Position numbers and translations under genes: made by a program
Shown: piece after piece, positions 50,065 to 59,174 of the stretch
How the letters are laid out: every line of letters starts with the position of its first letter
Numbering within the stretch: position 1 is the first letter of the stretch
The notes under the pieces: model-generated
Databases searched by the model: none
What the model was told of the DNA's origin: nothing
What the model saw: only the letters and a program-made list of their open reading frames with translations
Sequence record: NC_052652.1
Source of the DNA: Escherichia phage vB_EcoM_PHB05
Strand: one strand, 5' to 3'
Length of the DNA stretch: 64,000 nt

Positions 50065-51042
50065 TTAAGCAACAGCCTGGTCTTCTTTTTCAGGGAAGAT
50101 TAAACTTGCAATAACACCCAGCCCCAGAGTACCTAACACAATATACATACTGATCGTCGGATCAATGTGTGCTGGCAGGAAACTCACTTTTGCGTGCAGA
50201 GTTTCTGCAAATGGGTGATACATCAGTTTTACACCCACAAATACCAGGACTACGATAACTGCTTTCTCCAGATGAACCAAATATTTCAGTGCAACACTAA
50301 GGACAAAGAACAGAGCACGTAGACCTAAAATTGCACACAGCATTGAAGAAAATACAAGCAGAGGTTCTTGTGTCACTGCAATTACTGCTGGAACAGAATC
50401 TACTGCAAAGATTACGTCAACCATTTCCATTACAAACACACAAACCAATGCAGGAGTTGCTACACGAACACCATTTTTGATTGTGAAGAACTTCTCACCA
50501 TCCATCTGATCAGATACAGGGAACAGCTTACGAACAATGCGAGTAGCCCAGTGTTTAGAGTAATCAACTTCTGCGTCATTATCTCCAGCGAATACCATTT
50601 TAGCTGCACAGAAAAGGATGATCGCACCGAAGAAGATATTAACATACCAGCCCAAACTCAACAAGTAAGTGCCTACTGCTACAAACACACCTCGGAAGAC
50701 AATCGCACCTGCAATACCCCAAAGTAGAATCTTGTGCTGCAAGTGTGTGCTTTTAATACCAAAACTTGCGAATACTGCCACAAATACTACTAAGTTATCT
50801 ACAGAAAGAGATTTCTCCAACACATACCCACTCAAGAACAAGCTCGCAAAATCAGCACCGTGTTGGAAGTATACAAAACCATAGTAGGCTAATGATACCC
50901 CAATCCAGAAAATTGACCAGCCAATTGCAGATTTAAATGAAATTTCTTTGTTTTCTCTGTGTCCAAAGAAATCAATACAAATCGACAAGACTAAAATACC
51001 CACTAAAACAACCACATCAATAATTGGGAAACCCAGTTGCAT
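50065..51042 (-). CDS. terC: TerC-family integral membrane protein
   Basis: 325 aa polytopic; TerC signatures EKSLSVDNLVVF and second-repeat FSSMLCAILGLRALFF. Confidence 0.75.
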   Translation of the reverse strand: MQLGFPIIDVVVLVGILVLSICIDFFGHRENKEISFKSAIGWSIFWIGVSLAYYGFVYFQHGADFASLFLSGYVLEKSLSVDNLVVFVAVFASFGIKSTHLQHKILLWGIAGAIVFRGVFVAVGTYLLSLGWYVNIFFGAIILFCAAKMVFAGDNDAEVDYSKHWATRIVRKLFPVSDQMDGEKFFTIKNGVRVATPALVCVFVMEMVDVIFAVDSVPAVIAVTQEPLLVFSSMLCAILGLRALFFVLSVALKYLVHLEKAVIVVLVFVGVKLMYHPFAETLHAKVSFLPAHIDPTISMYIVLGTLGLGVIASLIFPEKEDQAVA

Positions 51043-51060
51043 TCTTTTCTCCTCTTTAAT

Positions 51061-51079
51061 GCGGAGGACAATCCTCCGC
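51061..51079 (-). terminator. Stem-loop gcggagg-acaat-cctccgc upstream of terC-like gene
   Basis: Perfect 7-bp inverted repeat in intergenic region. Confidence 0.3.
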
Positions 51080-51119
51080 TCTATGTCGTATACTATAAAC
51101 TGTTTTTAAAGAAAGTCAA

Positions 51120-51368
51120 CTAGTTCAGTTCTGTAATTTTAAGTTTATCTTCTTTGTTAATGATAGGGAAAGCTACAGCATCACCTACATCATCAATAAA
51201 GCAAACAGCAAGACCACCTTCCACTTTGCTAACCTGACCATTAAAGGCGTGATACGGGGCAGGAACAATATCTCCATCTTCAAGGAGAATAGCCTCATAA
51301 ACCTTACCAACAGTACAATCACGAGTGTTTATAAATTTTTCAAGCACTTCAACATTTACTTTACGCAT
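51120..51368 (-). CDS. Hypothetical protein
   Basis: 82-aa ORF. Confidence 0.3.
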   Translation of the reverse strand: MRKVNVEVLEKFINTRDCTVGKVYEAILLEDGDIVPAPYHAFNGQVSKVEGGLAVCFIDDVGDAVAFPIINKEDKLKITELN

Positions 51369-51383
51369 ATAAAAAATCCTCTC

Positions 51384-51590
51384 TTATTTGTTAGATTGAA
51401 AGATACCACGAAGTACCGCAAGAATGAACGTCACACAGACTACACTCCAAAACGTTACAGGAACATGATGCCAGTCTAAACCGATAATGTCAATCATATA
51501 GTTGTATGCTAAAAGCAGTAGCCAACTAGGGATTAACACAATCAAGAACACAACAATAAAACAACCTAATACTGCTAAAACACCTGCCAT
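51384..51590 (-). CDS. Small membrane protein
   Basis: 68 aa, two hydrophobic helices. Confidence 0.35.
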   Translation of the reverse strand: MAGVLAVLGCFIVVFLIVLIPSWLLLLAYNYMIDIIGLDWHHVPVTFWSVVCVTFILAVLRGIFQSNK

Positions 51591-51599
51591 ACTTTCTCC

Positions 51600-52316
51600 T
51601 TATTTCAGTTTGTAAACAATTACATTTAAACCTTTGTTCACTAGAGTTTCTTCGATCATAAGTTTTACAATATTCCAAGAACCTCCAGCCAAACCACAAC
51701 CAAGCATTGGTAAACCTACAATTTTACCGCCTGAAGATACAACATCGTCTCCCATACTATCTAACGCATTGTAGATAGCTTCATAATTCAGGTCACGCTT
51801 ACCTTCCTCACGACGACTATAACCATATTGTCCATATAAATTATAAATTGTCAAATTGTTTTCTGTATACTTAGTAAACGTACCTAATTTTTTATAATCA
51901 CCACGTTTAGTGGCACAATCTGCTTTAAACGCACCAGGCCACTTGCTTTTAATTTTTGGTGCAATACCACTACCCATAGTGCAAAAACAGTTACAGCAGT
52001 GTGCTATAGCGTCTATATCGCCTCTCTCGGCTGCTGCTAAAAGATCACCGTATACCTCAATGATACCTGCTGGATAACTTGTTACAATTTCATCTTCCCA
52101 ATACATTTTCTCTACACCACCGATCAGTGCAAAGTTTTGTGTAATGCGATCATCAATATAGTTAAGACCTGAAACATACACAGCATATTCATCCTGTGCT
52201 GTAATGCCTTGTACACGAATTCTTAAGACACCATCTTTATCTGTTGCTACGCGCCCAAAATCTTTTTCTGTAATATTGGTGATAGGATCTCCGAAAGTCG
52301 TCACTTTATTAGACAT
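51600..52316 (-). CDS. Macro-domain protein, TARG1/OARD1-like (ADP-ribose binding or hydrolysing), with N-terminal domain of unknown function
   Basis: C-terminal half has AHCCNCFCTMGSGIA and VGLPMLGCGLAGGSW...VIVYKL, matching the recalled TARG1-type macro pattern; start set to Met at 52316, overlapping upstream stop. Confidence 0.6.
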   Translation of the reverse strand: MSNKVTTFGDPITNITEKDFGRVATDKDGVLRIRVQGITAQDEYAVYVSGLNYIDDRITQNFALIGGVEKMYWEDEIVTSYPAGIIEVYGDLLAAAERGDIDAIAHCCNCFCTMGSGIAPKIKSKWPGAFKADCATKRGDYKKLGTFTKYTENNLTIYNLYGQYGYSRREEGKRDLNYEAIYNALDSMGDDVVSSGGKIVGLPMLGCGLAGGSWNIVKLMIEETLVNKGLNVIVYKLK

Positions 52317-53166
52317 AATAATCCCCTTTAACATTAGATTTGTTGATAATGTTGCTTTCAAAAAATTGACGCAGGAAATCAAAGTTCTCTTTGTATTTTT
52401 CAATATTATTGTAACCTTCTGCAAGGCAACCAAAGAACAGTTGTTCTACATAATACAAAGGAAGTTGTGAAAGTGCAATTTTAAAATCAACTTCGCTTTG
52501 ACTCATTAGATACTTAATAGGACGAACCAAACATTTAGCATCAGTTTCTTGCTTAATCATTTTAATAAAAGCTGCCAAGTTATTGATATAGTTGAAGTTA
52601 AGCGCAGCTTCGGTGTTGGCTTCTGTACCTTCATACTTTGCAAAGTACAGGAAAAACGTATCGTTTTCAACACCTTCTTTGTCTAAAATTTCAATAAGTT
52701 TTTCTTCGTGTGTTCCTGTAATATTAACATCATCAATGAAAATCAGAGTTTTATTACCCCAGAAATCACGATTGATAGAGAAAGTGTCACCATCAATCAA
52801 AGCCTTACGATCTTCTTTGCTAAGAAATCCATAATCATTGATATAACTCACTTTACGATGAACGATATCCCACTCTACTGCTTTACCTCCTTTGATAGAG
52901 ATTAGGTAGTTGAGGTGATCTACAAAATGTTCAGATAACACTGTAGCTGCATTTTTCACATAGTTGTATGGAGATGGAATAACAACAAAACTTTCATTTA
53001 CTAGTCGTTCTTCATATTTAGAAAAGAAACTTTCAGCCAGAATGCGTCCCATTCTTTTTGCTGCCTGGTTACTACCAAACTTTAGTTTGGAATAATCTGC
53101 AATGTTAAATTTTGCTTCCTTCAGGTTAGTAAAAGTATTAGCAAAATGTTGAATTTGATTACGCAT
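52309..53166 (-). CDS. Phosphoribosyltransferase-like protein (type I PRTase fold)
   Basis: 285 aa; PRPP-binding-like motif KTLIFIDDVNITGTHEE. Confidence 0.45.
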   Translation of the reverse strand: MRNQIQHFANTFTNLKEAKFNIADYSKLKFGSNQAAKRMGRILAESFFSKYEERLVNESFVVIPSPYNYVKNAATVLSEHFVDHLNYLISIKGGKAVEWDIVHRKVSYINDYGFLSKEDRKALIDGDTFSINRDFWGNKTLIFIDDVNITGTHEEKLIEILDKEGVENDTFFLYFAKYEGTEANTEAALNFNYINNLAAFIKMIKQETDAKCLVRPIKYLMSQSEVDFKIALSQLPLYYVEQLFFGCLAEGYNNIEKYKENFDFLRQFFESNIINKSNVKGDYYV

Positions 53167-53815
53167 TAATAAGTTCCTCTTTTTTAAGTTTAGCCAACAA
53201 ATCTTCTGGATTAATAATATGACAGAACTTCATCCCTATGTCAACAGCTTTTCCATCATAGATCAAACTATCTCCAACGTGTAAAATCTCCTCTGGTGCG
53301 AGATCAAACGTTACCATTTCATCAAAAGAGAGTTTAAAAAACCTAGGATCTGGTTTACACAAGCAAAACTCATCAGAAAAATGCATAAAGTCAAATGGTA
53401 ATTTTGTTAAGCCAGAATATACAGCTAAGAAACTACCTGGTACAAAATTAGTATTGCTCTTAATACTCAAAGAATAGGTTGAACTTAGCTCTTCCAACTT
53501 CTTGCAAAGCTCATGGTTCAATATTGGAGGATGTTTTATAAACATTGCTAAACAGTCTCTTTTTAATCCATCCACTTTATCAAGATCAATGTTCAAACGA
53601 GTAGAAAGTGTTTCCCAAGCATTCCTAGACGTTCCACAAATGCCTTTTTCTGCTTTTAAATCCAGGAGAGTTTTTACCTCTTTATATACGGTAGCTGCTT
53701 CTGCCTCAGAACAAGAGGTATACTCGGCAATAACCTTGTTGCGTTCTTCTGCATACAAAGGATTAGCAGTAATAAGAGTATTCCATACATCAAAAGAAAT
53801 ATGCTTAACAGTCAT
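53159..53815 (-). CDS. HAD-superfamily hydrolase-like protein
   Basis: Motif I-like ISFDVWNTL and motif IV-like HVGDSLIYDG; start set to ATG at 53815 with GGAGGA RBS. Confidence 0.45.
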   Translation of the reverse strand: MTVKHISFDVWNTLITANPLYAEERNKVIAEYTSCSEAEAATVYKEVKTLLDLKAEKGICGTSRNAWETLSTRLNIDLDKVDGLKRDCLAMFIKHPPILNHELCKKLEELSSTYSLSIKSNTNFVPGSFLAVYSGLTKLPFDFMHFSDEFCLCKPDPRFFKLSFDEMVTFDLAPEEILHVGDSLIYDGKAVDIGMKFCHIINPEDLLAKLKKEELINA

Positions 53816-53984
53816 TTTTAATCCTCCGTCCAAAAGAATATCATCTGCTTAATTTTATTAATCTCTTGACGTAGTAACTTTCCAGCATGTGCTTGATCTT
53901 TAAGATTTGCAGCAAGAGTTTCAAGCTCCGTTAGTTTTTCCTGGATAGCTTTATATTCATCATCTGTAAGCATTTTCTTCCCCT

Positions 53985-54188
53985 TTAGAATGGTAATCTT
54001 TGTATATCACTTATCCCCACACCAAGAAGTCTAGCAATATCCTTATCTAAAAGCAACTCTTTTTGTTCTAAAATGTTAATCAGATCTCCTAATACTTCTT
54101 TAATGTCACGATCATTTTTAGCAACGTGACCACCTGCTGTATCAACTTTATCTTTAAAAACAAAATAATGATCCATAATACCCTCCAT
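53985..54188 (-). CDS. Hypothetical small protein
   Basis: 67-aa ORF. Confidence 0.3.
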   Translation of the reverse strand: MEGIMDHYFVFKDKVDTAGGHVAKNDRDIKEVLGDLINILEQKELLLDKDIARLLGVGISDIQRLPF

Positions 54189-54195
54189 ATAAATA

Positions 54196-54216
54196 AAGGA
54201 GGCTTTCGCCTCCTTT
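54196..54216. terminator. Stem-loop ggaggc-tttc-gcctcc flanked by A- and T-tracts
   Basis: Perfect 6-bp stem between minus-strand genes. Confidence 0.4.
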
Positions 54217-54222
54217 TATCAC

Positions 54223-55383
54223 TTAGTAAGAACGACCACCAAACACATACTCTGTGTAGTTTTTACGTTCTTTGTTTTTAATAACAACTTCAATGTTGTT
54301 ACCTTTATCATCGGTGAACATAAAGTGATAACCGTCACCACCCATTGTACGAATGTGTTTTTCATCATACGTTAGCAAGATACGGTCTACACCCCAGTAG
54401 TAGTCACCTTCTTCATCTTTATCTTCTACGGTAACGATCCCTTCCATTTCAGGAAGATGCTCTTCTCCTGACTTATGATCTACAGCTACAACATAACGAT
54501 TACCGCTAAACAAACCTTGTGCTGTCATACCGTCAATATCGGTATCTGACGAAACATCCCCTGTACGATCTACACCGTTAACTTTCAGAAGTTTAACTTC
54601 TTTTGCAGCATAGCGGTGTTCAGTAATACTGATACCCATTAATGCAAGTGCATCAGAGAATTTGTCATTAGGGTAACGGTTAAGTTCTTCTACTAATGAC
54701 TGAACAATATCAAAGTTCAAATCCACGGAGAGATTATAAAGCGTTTCAAAATCTGGTAAGAAGGCTTTGTTCTCCAGATTTTTAGCCAGATAATCATCCA
54801 TAGTAGCTTTAGGTAGTTTCTTATAGCTAAAACTGTAGAAAATACGGCTAGGACGATTACGCAAAAATTCTGATACATAACCATCATTTTTAGTCAATAC
54901 AAACAGCTTGTCATAACCACCAACACCATCCAGCAGGGTAAGCAGACCATCTTGTGCATCTTTTTCAGCATACAGTTTATCAAATTCATCGATCATAATC
55001 ATCACAGGTTGTGTGATTTTAGACATAAAATTGATAAAGCCTTCACCATTAAAAGCACTACCGATAGAAATAGTAGGAATACCCATTTCACGAAGAGCAG
55101 AAGACAGCATTTTAGCTTGCAAAGTTTTACCGCTACCTTTCGTACCCTCAAGGAGAACACCTGTGTTTTTACCTTTGCGGCTAAGGAACGTCTTGATAAT
55201 ACGTTCTGATTTATCATCAGTATCACCGTATGTTACTGAAGGGACTTCCATATCGTTTTTAGGATACAGGAAGAACTCGCCACTTTGAGTAACACCTACA
55301 CCAAAAGTTCCTGCTGGAATTTCTTCAATATCTGTACCAGACTTCTGACGCAGGAAGATTTGATTGCCGAATACTGTAAACAT
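54223..55383 (-). CDS. P-loop NTPase (AAA-like ATPase)
   Basis: 386 aa; Walker A GTKGSGKT and Walker B-like VMIMIDEFD. Confidence 0.5.
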   Translation of the reverse strand: MFTVFGNQIFLRQKSGTDIEEIPAGTFGVGVTQSGEFFLYPKNDMEVPSVTYGDTDDKSERIIKTFLSRKGKNTGVLLEGTKGSGKTLQAKMLSSALREMGIPTISIGSAFNGEGFINFMSKITQPVMIMIDEFDKLYAEKDAQDGLLTLLDGVGGYDKLFVLTKNDGYVSEFLRNRPSRIFYSFSYKKLPKATMDDYLAKNLENKAFLPDFETLYNLSVDLNFDIVQSLVEELNRYPNDKFSDALALMGISITEHRYAAKEVKLLKVNGVDRTGDVSSDTDIDGMTAQGLFSGNRYVVAVDHKSGEEHLPEMEGIVTVEDKDEEGDYYWGVDRILLTYDEKHIRTMGGDGYHFMFTDDKGNNIEVVIKNKERKNYTEYVFGGRSY

Positions 55384-55403
55384 AGTTTTCTCCTCTATTT
55401 AAT

Positions 55404-55874
55404 TTAGTCAGATTCCCAAATGTTGTCTTTCTTAACCCACATTCGTTGATTATCTGAACCTCTATAACGTTTCGTTGTTGGTTGATTCATATCATACTTA
55501 CCATCTATCACTATGTCAACCAGTTTTTTAATTTTCTCTGGAATTTCTTCAAAAAGATATCCTGTATATAAGACAATATCTTTTTTGTTTCCAAAACAAT
55601 CTCTTACCTTCTCAAGAACATACTCTACAGTGTCAATGTTCTCTTTGTCAAGAGGTTCACCACCTAAAACTGTTAATCCTTTAATGAAAGGTCGAGATAA
55701 ATCTTCCAAGATAAGATCTAATGTTTCAGCAGTGAACTCTTGTCCGTAGTTATACGACCAGGCTTTCTGGTTAAAGCAGCCACGGCAACCGTGGCTACAA
55801 CCGCTCACCCACAAAGAGCATCTTACACCGTCACCGTTGAGCATGTCAACAGGTTCATATCCGGCGTAATTCAA
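55404..55874 (-). CDS. nrdG: Anaerobic ribonucleotide reductase activating protein (radical SAM)
   Basis: 156 aa; CSHGCRGC (Cx3Cx2C) cluster motif; translationally coupled to nrdD. Confidence 0.8.
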   Translation of the reverse strand: MNYAGYEPVDMLNGDGVRCSLWVSGCSHGCRGCFNQKAWSYNYGQEFTAETLDLILEDLSRPFIKGLTVLGGEPLDKENIDTVEYVLEKVRDCFGNKKDIVLYTGYLFEEIPEKIKKLVDIVIDGKYDMNQPTTKRYRGSDNQRMWVKKDNIWESD

Positions 55875-57670
55875 AAATGTTTCTCCCTTTCTAGTACCTC
55901 TTGCATTTTACCTTTATTATAAGGGCGAGAGTTAGGAGCAGAAAGGTATCCTGACACTCTTCTGATCACAGATATGGATTCTTCTTCATGATTACCGCAA
56001 CTTGGACACTCGAAGCCTTTAGCCGTTGCTTTAAATTCACCATGAAAACCACATTTGAAACACTGATCTACAGGTTGGTTCACGCCAAAATAAGGAATTT
56101 TATTGTAGGCATAATCTACAAGAGTTTCCAGTGCTTGCAAGTTATTTTTAAGGTTTGGTGTTTCTACATAACCTATGTTCCCACCATTGCTAATTTGTGC
56201 AAAACCTTCCTCATAATCCCACTTTTGGAACGGGGTAGTGTGCATCCATACAGGTTGATGGAAAGAGTTTGTCAAGTAGTCACGATCAATAGAGCCAGGA
56301 TAGCGATCATTTAATGCTTTGGCAAATTTATAGCACAAGGATTCTGCTGGTGTTCCATACAAACTAAAAGCTAAACCAGAACGTTCTTTAAATGTGCAAC
56401 AGATATCCTTCATATATTGAAGGATGTTTTTACCCATTGCTTTTGGATTGGTGTTATTTGGGTATAAAATCTCCATAGCTTCTGCTAAACCTACATAACC
56501 GATACTAATAGAGGCATAACCACCTTCAAATAGTTTACCAATCTCTTCATTAGCTTCTAGTCGAGCTAAAGCCCCTTCCATAAACAATGTAGGGTTTTGA
56601 GATGCTTTGGTATGTCTAATACGGTTAACACGTAGCATATGCGCCTTATACGCCATCTCCATATGTTGTTCCAACAGTTCAGTAAATAAGATGCCCTTTT
56701 CACGGGACTCTGCTGCAATGATAGGTAAATTTAAAGAAACTACGCCTAAGTTGAAACGACCATCATATTTTTCACCTTGCTCTGTTGCGTAGTATGACAA
56801 GAAACTACGGCAACCCATGCTTGTGACGCGACCATCTGAAGATCCTGTAACTTCTTTGTTTAAAGGTACAGAAATAAAATCAGGATAAATGCGTTCAGCA
56901 CAACACTCCATTGCCAGTTGCTTCAAATCATAGTTTGGATCGCCAGCTTTCATGTTAACACCATCTTCCAAGAAGAAGATAACTTTAGGGAACACAGGAG
57001 TTACCCTATCTTTTCCTAAGCCTTGTTTGTGCACCATTAGGTAGTTTTTAGCGATCATTCTACCAAAAGCAGAGGTATCCAAGCCTAAACTAATTGTTAT
57101 AAAAGGTGACTGACCATTTACACTCATTAGGGTGTTCACCTGGTAGATTAAAGTTTGCATTGCATCATAAACCTGTTTATCTACCATACGCATAGCAATA
57201 TCATAATCACCAACGTCAGCATAGATTTTATTAAAACTTGCTTTAACGTATTGACTAAGCCCAGTATCAATATGTGCACAAGTTTGTCCACCATATTGGC
57301 TAGAAGCTACTGCTTGAATAATTTGAGTTAGAACAGTAGTTGCTACACCGATAGATTTTGGTTTTTCAATATGTGCATTACCAATACGGAAACCGTTCTC
57401 AAGCATATCTTGGTAATTTACCAGGCAACAATTAGTTAAAGGTGAGAGTAAATAATCTAAATCGTGAATGTGACCATACCCGCTTTTATGCCATTCTGCT
57501 AGATCTTCCGGTAAAATATGGGTCATTGCCATGTGCTTGCTCAGGATACCTGCTAGTAAGTCTCGGTGAGTATTAACAATCATTGCAGGTTTGTTTGCAT
57601 TTTCACGAGTAAATTCTTCGGATGTTTGTTCGAGGAATCCGATTACATCCTCATATAGTTTTTGGGTCAT
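55871..57670 (-). CDS. nrdD: Anaerobic ribonucleoside-triphosphate reductase (class III)
   Basis: 599 aa; C-terminal Cys4 zinc ribbon (CFKCG...CPSCG) followed by glycyl-radical motif RRVSGYL. Confidence 0.85.
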   Translation of the reverse strand: MTQKLYEDVIGFLEQTSEEFTRENANKPAMIVNTHRDLLAGILSKHMAMTHILPEDLAEWHKSGYGHIHDLDYLLSPLTNCCLVNYQDMLENGFRIGNAHIEKPKSIGVATTVLTQIIQAVASSQYGGQTCAHIDTGLSQYVKASFNKIYADVGDYDIAMRMVDKQVYDAMQTLIYQVNTLMSVNGQSPFITISLGLDTSAFGRMIAKNYLMVHKQGLGKDRVTPVFPKVIFFLEDGVNMKAGDPNYDLKQLAMECCAERIYPDFISVPLNKEVTGSSDGRVTSMGCRSFLSYYATEQGEKYDGRFNLGVVSLNLPIIAAESREKGILFTELLEQHMEMAYKAHMLRVNRIRHTKASQNPTLFMEGALARLEANEEIGKLFEGGYASISIGYVGLAEAMEILYPNNTNPKAMGKNILQYMKDICCTFKERSGLAFSLYGTPAESLCYKFAKALNDRYPGSIDRDYLTNSFHQPVWMHTTPFQKWDYEEGFAQISNGGNIGYVETPNLKNNLQALETLVDYAYNKIPYFGVNQPVDQCFKCGFHGEFKATAKGFECPSCGNHEEESISVIRRVSGYLSAPNSRPYNKGKMQEVLEREKHF

Positions 57671-57689
57671 TAATCCTCCGTGGAAAATA

Positions 57690-57713
57690 AAAGCCAGCTT
57701 AATGCTGGCTTTA
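57690..57713 (-). terminator. Stem-loop agccagc-ttaat-gctggct upstream of nrdD
   Basis: Perfect 7-bp stem flanked by A/T tracts. Confidence 0.35.
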
Positions 57714-57759
57714 GGGTGGATCTTTATTTTAAATCTTTTTCGTAAGATTGTCCTTGATC

Positions 57760-58710
57760 TTAGTCAAGGTTTTTGGTAATACGTGTACAACCATCAGAAG
57801 TCAAACCGTCAACTTGAGTTTCCCAAGTACCATGAATATTTCGGAACAATGTTGTTACACCTTTTGGTTCATTAATAATGATTGCCATAACAAGTTTAGG
57901 ATCGATAACAGACATAATCTTTTCCTCAATACCCTCTGTAATAACATTATTGCGCACAATATTAATTGCATCTTCTTGTACAGTAAGAACACTTACGTTC
58001 TTAAGAGTATATACCTGCTGTGTAGTGTAAATGATACGAACATAACTTACAGAACGAGTAGGCACAGGTTTACGCGGTCGGCGAAAACGTGGTTTTGGTG
58101 AAGATTCAGTTTTACTTTCATCTTTTGAATAATACTCCTCAAACAGTTTAGTAAATGTTTTTACATCAACTACAAACCGATCTTTCCGATATGGAGAATT
58201 CTTATGTGCACCATTAATACCACTGTTTTCATCGAAGAAAGTAATGTTTTCTTCAGTTGAATACATTAGATAATGATCTGCATTTTTCCAATGTGGTTGT
58301 GGACAACGAGGATTACAAACGGAAAGCAGATAACTAATATCTTCTTCCGTGGCATCAGTATCCAGGAAACACGTATTATGCACAGTCAGTTGTACTTTTT
58401 CAGCCATATCTTTTTCTTTATCCTCTTTAGCAAGATATTCAGTACGAATAATCTCCAGAAAATTTTCAGGTGTTACTTCCATAAATGTATATTCAGGATG
58501 AAGTTCCATATATTCAAATCCACAACCATCTAACTGCTGTAGAAAGTTAGGGTAGAAGAACAAATCATTAACACTGTGAATCAGATCATTGATTTCTGCT
58601 TCAGTTGTGTAACCAAAACTCTTGTGAATTGCTTCGTTAAGAATATGCAGGATACCCATCTCTTCTGCTGCTTTTTTAACTTCCAGTTTATTAGCGTAAA
58701 ATGCAATCAT
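57760..58710 (-). CDS. Hypothetical protein
   Basis: 316-aa ORF. Confidence 0.4.
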   Translation of the reverse strand: MIAFYANKLEVKKAAEEMGILHILNEAIHKSFGYTTEAEINDLIHSVNDLFFYPNFLQQLDGCGFEYMELHPEYTFMEVTPENFLEIIRTEYLAKEDKEKDMAEKVQLTVHNTCFLDTDATEEDISYLLSVCNPRCPQPHWKNADHYLMYSTEENITFFDENSGINGAHKNSPYRKDRFVVDVKTFTKLFEEYYSKDESKTESSPKPRFRRPRKPVPTRSVSYVRIIYTTQQVYTLKNVSVLTVQEDAINIVRNNVITEGIEEKIMSVIDPKLVMAIIINEPKGVTTLFRNIHGTWETQVDGLTSDGCTRITKNLD

Positions 58711-58727
58711 TATGTTCTCCTTCTAAA

Positions 58728-59162
58728 TTAGTTTAAAATTTCTTTTGCAATGGTAGAAGCAAGTTTTCCATCATATTGATTCGGATACTCTGCTTTAAGG
58801 TGTTTCATCATATCTGGCATTTTCTTGCCTGTCAAGGCAAATTCTTCAGCAATAGCGCGAAGATCATCTTCAGATAGCATTTCTGGTAAATATTTTTCAA
58901 GAGTGGTGATATCACGCATAGCTCGCTCACATTTGCTAATAGAGGCATTAACTTTCTTAAGCGAGTCTAGTTCCTCTTTAGCGTGTGCAATACCAATCTT
59001 AACAATGTTAATCATAATATCGTCTTCTGATTTGTTTAGATTTGCCTTTTGAGTACGAGCAAGGTCAAACTCACCAATAATATTAGTTAACAAAGCAAAA
59101 GCACCCTTATCGGTTGTACGTGCTAAGATACGATCTGCTTTCATTTGTGTCACAATAGACAT
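58728..59162 (-). CDS. GatB/YqeY-domain-like protein
   Basis: 144 aa; C-terminal KMPDMMKHLKAEYPNQYDGKLASTIAKEIL resembles YqeY C-terminus. Confidence 0.45.
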   Translation of the reverse strand: MSIVTQMKADRILARTTDKGAFALLTNIIGEFDLARTQKANLNKSEDDIMINIVKIGIAHAKEELDSLKKVNASISKCERAMRDITTLEKYLPEMLSEDDLRAIAEEFALTGKKMPDMMKHLKAEYPNQYDGKLASTIAKEILN

Positions 59163-59174
59163 TCTATTCTCCTT

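Noticed and set aside
51600-53815. Interpretation of the PRTase-like plus macro-domain genes as a known NAD-reconstitution pathway (Nampt-type or ADP-ribose pyrophosphokinase-type)
   Set aside because: Protein sizes and motifs do not match nicotinamide phosphoribosyltransferase or PRPP-synthetase-like enzymes as far as I can judge by eye; kept only as a generic nucleotide/ADP-ribose module hypothesis.
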